Assembly: GCA_053919585.1 (NCBI GenBank)
Contig: CM132786.1
DNA length: 64,000 bases
Origin: Euprymna scolopes
Taxonomy: Eukaryota
Strand: one strand, 5' to 3'
Under the pieces are notes generated by a model. It did no database searches and was not told the origin of the DNA. It saw only the letters and a program-made list of their open reading frames with translations. How positions within the stretch are numbered: position 1 is the stretch's first letter; each line of letters starts with the position of its first letter. Shown here piece by piece: positions 38,912 through 51,690 of this stretch. A program made the translations under genes and the position numbers.

Positions 38912-39793
38912 CTAGTCTGGATCACCGGTGTTACCCGGGTGTTTGGAGGTGTGTGTTGAGCAAAAAAAAAAAAATATGGTAGTAAGCAGGCGGGTTCGAA
39001 CCCGTACCGCAAAGCGGAAAAAGAACGTGGAAAAAAAAAACGTGACTTCTTTGCCTTTGCGTCCATTGCCAAACCGGAAGTTGTAAAGGTTTAAATTAAG
39101 GCTAGCCAATCGAAAAGAGGGGATGACTTTCGAAAATATTCCGCGAAGAACGCGACCCCTCCTTGTAGAAAAGTACCCAATTGAGGGTGAAGGAATTAAT
39201 GCTTTTTAGCCAATATTTCGGTATTTGTCGTCGGAAGGTTCGATCTTCAAAATGTTACCGATCTTGTGGAAATCCATCGCCTTTGTCGAAAGTTGTATGC
39301 GTACATACATACATACATACATACATACATACATAATGATTGCAACGTCTTGTCAGACGAGTGCCACTTCCTCAGAGACTGAAATTTCATGAGCCCGAAA
39401 ATGACATTTAATTCTGCCGGCGAATTCACATGTTCAAGCAGACATGAGACTGAAGACGGTCATTGGTATACATACATATATATATACACGCACACACACA
39501 TACATATATACACATACATACACATACACACATGCATATCACACACATATATACATACACAATACCTAATACGCACACATACATATACATACATACACAC
39601 GTGAAAACATACACAAGACGGTCATTGGCATACATACATATACATATATACACGCGTACATACATACATACATACATACATGATGATTGCAACGTCTTGT
39701 CAGACGATTGCCACTCCCTGATACACTGAAAATTCATGAGCCCGAAAATGACATTTAGTCCTGTCGGCGAATTCACACGGTCATTGTTATACA

Positions 39794-39828
<35 letters not shown>

Positions 39829-41588
39829 GCACGCACACATACATATGTAGACATGCATACACATTCACACATGCATATCACAAACATACATACATATAAA
39901 ATACATAATACGCACACACACATATACATACATACACACGTGCAAACATACACAATACGGTCATTGGCATACATACATATAAATATATACACGCATACAT
40001 ACATACATATCTATAAACATACGCTCATATATAACTATATACATACGCAATGCATAACACACATGCATACATTTACGTACTCACATGCATACTTACACAT
40101 ATACATACATATACATCAACATGTACACACATATATACAAATACTTACACGCATACATATAGGTACACATATGCACATCTATATACATACACTTACCTAC
40201 ATATACATACACATACACATATATGCATTCATACGCATACACGNNNNNNNNNNNNNNNNNNNNNNNNNNNNNNNNNNNNNNNNNNNNNNNNNNNNNNNNN
40301 NNNNNNNNNNNNNNNNNNNNNNNNNNNNNNNNNNNNNNNNNNNNNNNNNNNNNNNNNNNNNNNNNNNNNNNNNNTGTATATACNNNNNNNNNNNNNNNNN
40401 NNNNNNNNNNNNNNNNNNNNNNNNNNNNNNNNNNNNNNNNNNNNNNNNNNNNNNNNNNNNNNNNNNNNNNNNNNNNNNNNNNNNNNNNNNNNNNNNNNNN
40501 NNNNNNNNNNNNNNNNNNNNNNNNNNATCGATTATTACATGCATCGAGCATTTCAGGCCTGCACACGTCACAACTTTTTTATCGCCACAGGACTTTTTTT
40601 AGAGACAAATACCTGAGGGAGTATCTATACAAAGATGATATTACAGAGTTTTAGCTTTGTACGGCAGCTAAATCTCTCTCTCGACTCCAAATGTTGACAT
40701 CCAGCTACAAGCAAGAGCAAGATAGCCAGCTAAAAGTATAATTGCAGGCCAGCTTAATGCGGGTACTGGTCTTCCACTTTGTGTTTTTTTTTAAATCAGA
40801 GATTTGCTTTACCTCGAGGGGTTGCCTTCACCACGGCTTACGGGAACTCTCTCCACCCCCACACACATGGAAATAAACACATGCATACATACAGATGTAT
40901 GGCAACATACATATGCATGTGCACACACATGAAAACATACACACGTACACATAATACACATGAAGGAACATTCCAAAAGTCTTCATTACTCAATGATCAG
41001 AACGACGATTATGGTGATAAGCACGATTAAATGAGATTGACAAAAAAAAAAAAAGAAAAAAGGCACGGATTTACAACTTGTTCTTATTTTTACAAAAAAA
41101 TTGTGTATAAGACTAACCCTTCTGTAGTAGATAATGATGATGTGGATCATTTCACACATTATTTCATAGATAAAATCGACGACCGAATCAAACGTAAACA
41201 CAATACAACTGCCATGTATTAAAGACGCTTACACTTTTTTTAAAATAAAAAGTTTGGTTAAGACTTACACTTTTTCAGTAGAAAATGATGATGATGTGGA
41301 CAATTTCACACATTATTTCACAAATAAAATCGACGACTGAATCAAACGTAAACACAATGCAACTGTCATGCATTAAAGACGCTTACACTTTTTTTTTTTT
41401 TTCAAAGAAATAAAATTTTGGTTGAGACTTACACTTTTGCAGTAGAAAATGATGATGATGTGGACTATTTCGCACATTATTTCACAAATAAAATCGGCGA
41501 TCGAATCAAACGTAAACACAATCCAACATACATACATACATACATACATACATACATTTAAACAAACAGATAAGATTTATATAATAGA
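38912..41588 (-). mobile_element. Helitron H2 copy apparently interrupted by ~2.2 kb of cargo
   Basis: 3' part at 38912-39333; matching 5' end (catacatttaaacaaacagataagatttatataataga) at ~41524-41588. N gaps lie between the two parts. Confidence 0.55.
41108..41522. repeat. Tandem repeat, ~150-165-bp unit, about 2.7 copies
   Basis: gtagaaaatgatgatgatgtgga...cacattatttcac...gaatcaaacgtaaacacaat occurs three times. Confidence 0.85.
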
Positions 41589-42075
41589 TGGCCATAAATA
41601 CTAGTGCAAACACTTGTGGAGCATACTTGTTTCCATTAATTTTACATTCGTTATATTAGAAGCAGTTTTTACTTACCGGAATACAGATGCATTTAACGCA
41701 ATATTTCATGTCAGCTTCTTCCATCTCGAGACTCCATTTCTCAGAAAGCTTATAAGAGATGCCCCCGAGGACGCACCCTATAATGATTCAGAAAATAATT
41801 ATAGTTTAATATGTTGTCATGTAACACATGCATTATGACACAAAGCATAAGATAATTCGTATAGTGAGACGGTATAACATGAAGCGAACAGAAAAGTAGA
41901 GAAAAGCCGAATTATTCATCCAGGTACAAGCATTTATTTGGATCTTTATACAACACAAGAGGGTCGGATCAAATAATAACAGCAAACAAAAACCTGAGTC
42001 GAAAGTAAACTTATGTAAAAGAAAAACTAAAATAATTAATGGATAATAAAACCTTCAGTGATTATCACTATGCGA

Positions 42076-42145
<70 letters not shown>

Positions 42146-42198
42146 CTGTATCTTATATCAATAATAACAGGCCGCATATTATAATTCATGCAAATTTC

Positions 42199-44947
42199 CT
42201 TTTTTTACATAGACATCACCACTTATCAAGGCCAAGAGGCCATTCGAGGATAAGGGTTAAAGAGTGTACAGTAGAAATCGAACAATATATTAACCGTTAG
42301 TAATGGAGATTCGGTAAATTTGTTAACTTATATGAAACAGCTCATCAAAAACTTGTTTACGTTAGACTTGAAGAGAACCATGTTGTTGTTAGCTGGAAAG
42401 CAGAAAAACGGAAGACAATTCCATAGGCGTGCAGTTCTAAGAACGAATCTTTGCTCATGGAATCTACGCTTAGGTTGTCACAGATAAAGAGTGGGGGAAA
42501 TTATTAATAGTGTTTTCTGCTAGACGGGTGTTTCTTGTGAAAGTTTGGTGTGAGGGGACCATAGATTGGAGCTCAGCAGAGCACTTGCCATGAAAATAAC
42601 GATATAGTAGAGACAAACTCGCAACATCTCTTCTATGAGAAAGAGGTTGCAGGGAAGAAAAAAGACATCCACCACAGGGCTACGAAGTCTATTTTGAACT
42701 CTATCAAGTCAGGATAAGTCCTTTCTAGCAACTCCTGCCCAGATGTGGCAACAGTACTCCATCCTTGAACGTACCTGGCTCTGATATATATAGAGAATTG
42801 CATCAGCAGTGAGATATCTACTGGATCGATAGAAGGATCCCACCATTTTTCCAGCGGCCTTGGCAACGGATTTAATGTATGTGTTCCATTTAAGATCAGG
42901 AGTAAAGGTCAAGCCCAGAAGCTTGTCAAAACATGAGGCCTCCCCAAAACGAGAGCCATTCATTTCAATTAATGCCAGATGGAGATCAGAGCGTTGAAGA
43001 TTTAGAGATAACAGCTTGGTTTTAGATGCATTAAACGTAACAAACCACCTGTTTCTCCATTGTACCACTTGCCACAGATCAGAGGAAAGATAATTAGAGA
43101 GAACTTGGTCGTTTACGGTATTAGATTTACTACCATAGATAGTAGTGTAATCAGCATAGATGTCTACAAGTGATGTAAGGATGTGAATTGGAATATCATT
43201 AATATAAATCAGGAAGAGAGTTCGGCCCAGGATGGACCTCTGGGGGACTCCAGCATTAATACTGTGAGCTTCTGATTTCTGCCCATCAACCACTACCCTT
43301 ATGAACCTATCAGAAAAAAATTATTTAATAATTGAGAAGACATTTCCAGCTATACAGTATCTGGAGATTTTGTAAAGTAAACCTTTATGGCATACTCTAT
43401 CAAAACCCTTTGATATGTCAAGAGCAACTGCCCTAGAAAGGTTGCCTCTGTCGAGAGATTCGCTAATCCTATGAGATATAACTGTAAGCACATCTGCTGT
43501 AGATCTAGCAGAACGGAAACCATATTGAGTGTCACTAAGAAGGTTATTTTTGCTATTGATCACTTCTCTATTTAACACAGATTCCAGCAACTTACTCAGG
43601 ACGCACAGGAGATTCATTGGCCTCAATAAGAGATGAGCGATCACCTGAATTCTTAAATACGGGGCATACTGCTGAGATTTTCCAGGGTGACGGGAAGCAA
43701 TTCTACTTAAGACAACATTTAAACAGTTTTGTAAGGATGGGCGCAAGATCTGATTGAAGTCTTTTGAGTACTATAATTGGAATACCGTCAGGGCCGGTTG
43801 CTTTACTGGAATCAAGATTTTTGATTAGCTTAGCAACATCACATACAGATATTTGTATATCACATGGCATTTTTTCTTATACATATTGGAGGTTGGCAGC
43901 CTTGATCGCAAAGGTTAGAATTAGCTGCAAAGTTCTTGGCAAAGCGTTTGGCTTTGTCTGATGCTGACGAGATTACCTCAGGTCCATTTATGAGAGTTGG
44001 GATAGAGCACACGCTTCTGTTAAGGATTCTGTTTGCTATTTGCCAAAACTGGTGGGAATCAAGCCGCTACTCAGCTACTTTGGAGTTGACGAGCTGAGCA
44101 TACAACTCTCTTGCGTTCTTTATTACTTTTTTACAGTGGTTGCTGGCAGTTCTGAATGCGGCTTTAGTCTCAGTACATCTATTACGTTGGAAGCAATGAA
44201 AAAAGTGATTTCTATGCGCAATAGCAGCAGCATATTCCGGAGAGAACCACGGCTGGCTATTAGGTTTTTGCTGGAATTTTTTCGAGGGTATGAAACGGTC
44301 TATACCTAGAATTAACCATTCTGTCAGGTCTGATACTATAGAGGACACATCCTTTTTAAACACGGAACGCAGAGGTAGATCTGATATGAATGTGTGGAAG
44401 CTATCCCAGTCAGCCATAGAGTATCGCTATACTGTACGATGGAGAGGTACATCTGCGGACTTATTACAATTCATTTTTATCTTAACTGATACAAGTGAGT
44501 GGTCGGAAGATCCAAGTGGAGACAGAATAGAAGCTGAACACAGTTCAGGGAAATTGTGAGAAAGAGGTCTAGGAGACTTGAATACTGGCCGTCAGTATCG
44601 GGAACACGGGTGGGTTTGTGAACAATCTGAGTGAGGTCATAATCAATGGAGGAATCATGACAGAACCTCACCTCATCATCGGTCTTGTTTGAGTGTTAAC
44701 CATTCCACATTGTTAACACTGAAGTCTCCACAAACATGAATATTAGCTGAAGGATAAGCAGATAGGGCGTGGTCAATTTTCTCAGATATTCTTTTGAAGA
44801 TATAATTCCGCTGTTGTGGGGGCGATAGAGAGCAAATATAAATGCAGTAGTTTGAGCTAGTCCAACCCGGAAGCACATATAGGGTAAGTTAGGATCTTCT
44901 CTGGAGATGTTCCTACCATATAGAAAGCCATCTTCTATATAGGCACA
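42199..44947 (-). mobile_element. 5'-truncated decayed copy of the same CR1/L2-type LINE
   Basis: ORF pieces NAGVPQRSILGRTLFLIYIND..YAD, QYGFRSARST, ALDISKGFDRV, WFSPE; same 3' end as the 19.6-kb copy. Confidence 0.9.
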
Positions 44948-45927
44948 TAAATAAAATATATATACCAAAGGAACTTGCCAGATAGATTTGGTACATCTTT
45001 CCACGAGATAAACATTTACGCAATTAATAAAACAATGGAATAAAAATAAAGATTAAAAGCTGATATAAATATAATATTAGCACTTGCATCTAGAAAAGAA
45101 ATATTAGAAAATTCATAAGTTAACTGCATTAATAAGACGTCCCTCGCGGTTGCGAATAGGAATTGATTTTCTATTCATTATAACAGAGCTACTTATCTAT
45201 CGATTATTTGATTGTAACTGATATGTAGCAGTGATTTCAAAAGTAAAAAAAAATGCTTGCTTGCCATTAGCTAAGAATCAAACTAAAACATATAGCTCTC
45301 ATGCCTTATCCGTTAGTGCATGACCTAAATCCTTACCTATACAAAAACCTGCCAAAAATAATGTTTTAACCTATAAATTTTAATTAGCTCATGCACAGAA
45401 AAAAAACCTAAAAAAAATATTCAGAGAGGAGTTTGATAGATACTTTTCACAAACACACCGGCAAGGTCAGTTGTATTTTCGTGCGCTAGAATGTTTTCAT
45501 CGTACAATCTACACACTTATTCATAATATAGAAACAATGCATAAAATTCAATGTAAAAATAAACGTAACCGAATTGTTTAATAAATACCATAACAAATGA
45601 ATAAATTAATTAACGCTCGTTTCCGAAGAATATGAAAATTAATAATCTTTCGTGTAGTCCCTCGCATACCCATGACTGAGTATATTAAAACGTTCGTTTT
45701 AAAAATGTTTAAATAGAAAAAGTAGGTTTTTAATTTCAATGTCAGATTGAGGAAAAACTTAACTTTATAGATAGATAGATAGAGGATATCTCTATATAAT
45801 ATCATCTCTATAAAATAATTTGTCTTTCTAAAAGGGATCGATTTCTTAGGAATCGTAAATGATAAAGCATATACACTTGTCATAGTGCAATTGTTTGAAG
45901 ATTGGTTATGGGCACATAAAGCAAAAA

Positions 45928-47108
45928 TCTATATCTATGAAAGCTAAATTGCCTATGTCTGTGTGTGTGTACATTTCCATACCAAACTACACTGTCAATT
46001 TTCAGTCTACAAACTCGAGATTTGATATAAGGGGTATTGAGATTTGGTAAAGTCTTTAATCGATTTTCGGACAAAATTGGTGATCACAGTTCAACAATTT
46101 GACCTTTGAAAACTCTACCAAACTCCTCCCCCAATTTTGGATCTAAACACGTAAAACTTTAGATGTAGCTTACTTGGACATGGGTCAAACTTTTTAAACT
46201 TTAAGAGGTCAAAATTATTAACCTCAAGTTAGCAGGAATCAGTTTTGGGGCGAAAATTTTGCTGTCAAGAGGTAAAGGTTTTAAGACTTCACCTTTGCAG
46301 ATGCTACCAAACTCATCCACCAATTTCGGGTCTAAACACTAGACATTTTAATGTAGGTTATCTGGACATGAGTCAAACTTTATAATATACATATACATAT
46401 AAACATAAAGTTATGAACAGTTCACAGAGACCGAGCAAAGTCGGGCTGGACTGCTAGTACATCTGTAGAAGTGAAATTTTGTATGTGTCTGTGTGTATAG
46501 ATTTCCCTACCAAATTACTTTGCCAATTTTCAGTCTATAGACATGAGATTTGATATAAGATGTTTACACATTTGAAATTTTAGATATGGGTTACTTGGAA
46601 ATCGATGAAACTTTTTAACTTGATTTGAGCCTAAAACATTAAATTTCAAGGGGTCAAAATTAGGGTCAAAGTTAAAAAAAATTTGACTTCTTATGTCTCT
46701 ACCAAATTACTCAGCCAATTTTTGGTCTAAACATTTAAAATTTTACATAAAGTGTATTCAGACATAGTGTAAACTTTTAAATCGGTTTGTGGCCGAGAAT
46801 TTGGCTGCCAAGGGGTCAAAGTTCAAAAGATTTGATCTTTACGGAGTCTAGCAAACTATTCAACCAATTTCGGATTTAAACATTTGAAATGTTACATATT
46901 TATACACGCAGCAAGAAGTTTTTGGGCGAAAATTTGGCTACCAAGAGGTCATGGTTTAAAGACTTGACCTTTGCAGACTCTACTAAACTCCTCCGCCAAT
47001 TTTGAGTTTTAGCAGCTGAAATTTTAAGTGTAGATTACCTGGACATGAGTCAAATTTTTTAATATATATATACATATGCACATATAGTTATGGACAGTGC
47101 ATTTTAGT
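45928..47108 (+). mobile_element. Two tandem Helitron family H3 copies with ~120-bp internal repeats
   Basis: TC start at 45928, hairpin-like ccgagcaaagtcggg and CTAG at 46454-46457; a second copy starts immediately after. Confidence 0.7.
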
Positions 47109-47199
47109 TAAATCTATTCATAAAATGGTATATGCAGGTGTTTATTTATGTACATGTCATACTGCATAAGTACGTTGACAAGCTGGATCTTTTCTTTTG

Positions 47200-47400
47200 G
47201 GAATTCTAGGCGCTACATGTGCTCTCCGCTTATCTCGGTTTACAGTCGTCCTGCACCTCCACTTACAGCTTGTATTTAACAATGTCGACCAAGGAGAAAT
47301 CTGGTTGGAGATTGTGCAACTATTGTCACAAAAATACCATGCGTAGTCACCCTTACAGTACAGCTAACATAATCTGTCAAGACGGAGGGAAGCCACCATC
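47200..47400 (+). repeat. SINE-like interspersed repeat (other copies ~2608-2792 and ~51704-51880)
   Basis: Shared ttctaggcg.t...tg.gctctccgcttatctcgg...tatttaacaatgtcgac...catagtctg core. Confidence 0.65.
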
Positions 47401-47524
47401 TGTACATGTAAATGTGTAATATAAATAAATTAACCGATCATTATGAATATTGGAACACAGCTGATATACACAAGAAATGGTAAGACGTTTCTGAATTTTT
47501 GCGATGAGGATTGCTTATTCGTAT

Positions 47525-47780
47525 CATTTGGATTCATTGGACTACTGTTCTCATCTTGAGTGTCATTTTCACAACGTTTCGATCGATATAATTCCTGACC
47601 TTCTTCAGGTGTATCTTGTCGAACTCTGGAACGTTTCTGTCAAACTCGGGAATTTACTTCACGGAGGTAGCATGCTCTTGTTCCGTCAGCCATGATTGGA
47701 TAGAGGTCCTAAGTAATTCGCAGTTGTATTTTTCGGTCGCCCACACTGAGGATGTAACCTTCAATCCTCAGGAGGATATC
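47525..47780 (-). mobile_element. Penelope-like pseudo-LTR fragment
   Basis: Contains the minimal hammerhead; homologous to 32040-32330. Confidence 0.5.
47570..47611 (-). ncRNA. Minimal hammerhead motif of Penelope-like element type
   Basis: CAC-CUGAAGA-AGGUC...GAUC-GAAAC-GUU-GUG: 3-bp stem I, stem II with a G.U pair, palindromic AACGUU minimal stem III. Confidence 0.6.
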
Positions 47781-48553
47781 ACTTATTACAATTGATTTTT
47801 CCATTTTTTTTTTCAATTATATTTTATGTAATTTAGTTTCCTCGTAAAATTAAATGTGATTCGGCATCGGTTTGCAATAATGCAATCGGCAATTTTCGTT
47901 ATTCGAACAGAGATCACTCCGTTACAATGTTCATTGCATTTAATATATTGAACCATAAATAAACATGCCGTCTAATTATAGTGTGACGACACTGCTTATT
48001 TATAGCATGCATTGAAAAGAAATGATTATCACCAATATAGAAATACTAGTATATAGTGAGACACATAAGGTACTTTTTAATGAGTTTCATATTGCTTAAA
48101 GTATGAGGGTACTTTCTGCTTTCAGAAGAGTAAAACCGATGTATGTTCCAGTTGAGATAAAGAAAAGCATCGTAGAAAGGACATTGCACGAACAGAAATA
48201 ACAACAACAAAAAAAAAAAGGAGAGCGAACGAACTTTTGTATTAAGAAAACATATTTTGAAATAACAACTCGGGAAGAATAGAGAGATGAAAGGGTGGGC
48301 CGTACAATGAGTCTCTGGTAGAATTGTAAGTCGAACGAAATATTGATGCGTAAAACTGGCGCGGTTAGTATGGAATAAACATCTAAGGTTTTAGGGAAAT
48401 ATTGTCTGGCAAGGAGGGGTTTACCCAAGTCAGGTTTAAAGATAACCACCCACTCGTGGTGAGTAAGATATGAAAGGTGTTTGGTTCGGCGAAGGCGAGA
48501 GGGGATGCACGGCACGGAAGTTCAAGTTCCTAACCTGACCTCAAGTAGAAAAT

Positions 48554-48587
<34 letters not shown>

Positions 48588-50470
48588 GAGAGAGAGAGAA
48601 AGAGAGAACGAGAGAGGGAGAGAGTGAGAGATGGAGAAAAATAAGGAAAAGAAGAGATAGGGAGTGTAAGAAAAAGATACATATAGATTGGTGGGGTTTG
48701 GGGAAAAGCAGCGAATGTTTACATAAGTCTCTCAGATCTATGACCGCAATGGGAAAATTAGTTGGGCTGTAGTCGTTAGGGTTAGCTATTTCTGTGTGTA
48801 TGGTTATACGCATGTGTACACATTCGTACGCGTTTATTCTTGTACACACTTAAAAGCCGCGTTCTATGCGGACTTTAGAGCACACTCCAGAGCAGACCTA
48901 CTTACATCTTCGAACCTAACTAAACCATTATAACAATAAAAAACGAAGTTTTAAAGCAAAGTCCTATAGTAATATCAAATACCAATGTTTCTGGCGTAAT
49001 AATATAAGAGAGATCTCTCGGATGTATTCATTTTGCATTAACAATAAATAAATAAATTAATTAAATCGAATGGTTTATTCTCCATTTACATTTAGCAATG
49101 ATATCAGTATATACGAGTTTTAAAAAGTTGAAACGCATATTATTTGATAAGGAGCTCTTATCTCGAAATATATAATGCATAATGTCTTACTCATTAGATC
49201 ACTGTCTACACTTTGTAACAAAGCAAGACTATAAAATAATGTTACATCTCCTTATTAAAAATAAATTGGTTAGGTTCAGAATAGTAAATGTGTGTTGACC
49301 AACTTGATTGTCTTATTAGCACTCATTTCTCCGATATTAATTTTTTTTAATTTCCGAATGGAATCTATCCAGGAGAGGCCTCGTGAATGATGCTGTCATC
49401 CATAAGTTAAGGTGATTCTGTGAAGTCGGTTAGATTCGGACTTAACACACCCAACTTTTCCGTTCGCATCATTAAGCATCTCTACACCGCCATCTCCCAT
49501 TTATATAGATGGATTGTTGGAGCGGTGTTTGTTCAATACTTGATTATGTCAATTTCCATCCTTGCTCAGCACTAGAGCTTTATTGCTGCTTCAAAGGAAA
49601 ATATTTGTGAAATTTCGTGAAAAGAAGCTGCACTACTTAGTATACATTATATGTGAGAATAAGTAACGATTATTACTCTATGTATTGTTTTTATTGGCAA
49701 CAAAATATTTAAAACTATGATAATCTGAGAACGTTTTAAAAAATCAACAATTGTATCAACTAATATCTTATATAGCAACGTGATATTTATATCGGAATTA
49801 ATGTGTAATTTTGTTAATTTATCATTCACACGTTCTTTATTATTAATAGGTTGATTCAAAAAGAATATTGGGTTTCCTCTATAAATTTAACGAAAAAGAA
49901 CGATATTATTTTTGCACCAAACTAATATTAATCGATTATTTAATAAACTCAATTATTCAGGTGATTAAAGCATAAACGAAATATATGATATCCCATTAAA
50001 AATTATTTCAATTATTAAATTCACCAAAATGCATTTCGGATACTTGCTGAACATATCTTCCTTAATGTTTGATAATTACTAAAAAGAATAAATCAATTAC
50101 TTTGTCAATCTTCAGAATGTTAAAGAATGTTACAAAATTATCTGCTAGAAAATAAAAAAAACTTGGAATAAAAGCATAAAAAACATGTTATTAAAAAGAA
50201 AAAGTAAAACGCACACATGCTACATTAAATTGTGAAATAACCGTATATTTTTGAAAAAATGAGTGGCGATGAGAGTAATTCTAGTGTTACCCGATGGATT
50301 CTAATTCTAACTTTCTTTTTGTATCCGTGAGAAAAAATCATGCGACACGTAAAACGATCCGTATTAAATACTTTTAGCATTATTCGATATTCCAAATAAA
50401 TCATTGCTGAACTAAGAACAATCTCAATCGTAATAACAGAAAAAAAAGTAAATAGAACTTCGATAAACGA

Positions 50471-50565
50471 TTAGTTCATCCCAGTTTTGCTCGAGCCCGA
50501 TGTACTTTATGTGCCTATGTATATATTAAAACGTGCATATGTATATATTAAAAAGTTTGACTTTA

Positions 50566-50608
<43 letters not shown>

Positions 50609-50717
50609 TGTTTAACTTTAAGTGCATATATATATTAAATGTTTAACTTTATGTGCATATGTATTAAAACTTTAAACTTTCTGTGCATATATATTAAAAA
50701 AAGTTTTACTTTATGTG

Positions 50718-50754
<37 letters not shown>

Positions 50755-51486
50755 GTTTGACTCGTGTCTAGGTAACCTACGTCTAAAATTTCAAGTGTTT
50801 AGACACAAAATTGACGGAGGAGTTTGTTAGAGTCTACAAAGGTCAACTCTTTCAACTCTAATCTCTTGGCAGCCAAATTTTCGCCCAAATACTGTGTAAA
50901 AGGATTGCTGCATGTCTGAATACCCTTTATGTAAATTTTCAAATGTTTAGACCACAACGTGGCTGAATAGTTTGCTAAAGTCCGCAGAGGTTAAATCTTT
51001 TAAACTTTAACCCCTTGGCAGTCAACTTTTTTTAGCCAAAAACTGACTCAAAAGCTTGCCCTATGTCTGAATACATTTTCTGTAAAATTCAAATGTTTAG
51101 ACGAAAAATTGGTGAGTCATTTGGTAGAGACCGCAGAGGTAAATTCTTTCTTAACTTTGACTCCAATTTCAACCCCTTAACATCTATTTTTAGGGGCTCG
51201 AATCAAATAAAAAAAGTTAAACCATGTCCAATGAACTTACATCTAAAACCTCAAGTTTTTAGACCAAAAAAAGTTTGGCGGAATTTTCAAAGGTCAAATC
51301 GTTAGACTTTGGCCCCTTGACAGCCAAATTTCTGGCCAAAAACAGATCAAAAAGATTTTCCAAAATCTCAATTCTCCTTATGTCAAATCTTTAGTCTGTA
51401 GACTGAAAGTTGACAGAGTAGTTTGGTAGGGAAATGTTTACACACAGACACACAGACAGACAAGTTCACTTTTATAGACATATTGA
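50471..51486 (-). mobile_element. Helitron H3 copy with an internal ~30-37-bp minisatellite (50500-50760)
   Basis: Reverse complement of the 45.9-47.1-kb copies; repeated tttaactttatgtgcatatatattaaa units. Confidence 0.7.
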
Positions 51487-51595
51487 TTGTCAAATTAACA
51501 AAGAATTAACCTTTGTTTTTATATTTAGATTCGTGTGTATGTGTAGATAAGTAAAAATACGTAAATATATATTCATTCAACTGCGTGTATCTACT

Positions 51596-51690
51596 GGATT
51601 CCCAAATAGTCACCCGTTAGGTGATCGCCAGGCTTAATGTTGCTTAAATTCGATAATCTAACGTGAACGCATGTGTCAAATATGATTATT
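51596..51690 (-). pseudogene. More decayed 5S rRNA-derived sequence
   Basis: ggattcccaaatagtcaccc...ccaggc...tgcttaaattcgataatctaacgtgaacg follows the same 5S pattern. Confidence 0.5.

Noticed and set aside
39337-39430. Duplicated block reading KCHF...WH on the minus strand as the missing first half of VWC1
   Set aside because: The motifs are in different frames, there is no C..C.C ending or splice sites, and it sits in repeat cargo.
41108-41522. Regularly spaced repeats as a CRISPR-like array
   Set aside because: Whole units repeat with no unique spacers, there are no cas genes, and the context is eukaryotic.
48096-48515. 139-aa ORF as the chordin first exon
   Set aside because: No convincing signal peptide, weak donor, and the Cys/Phe run derives from simple repeats.
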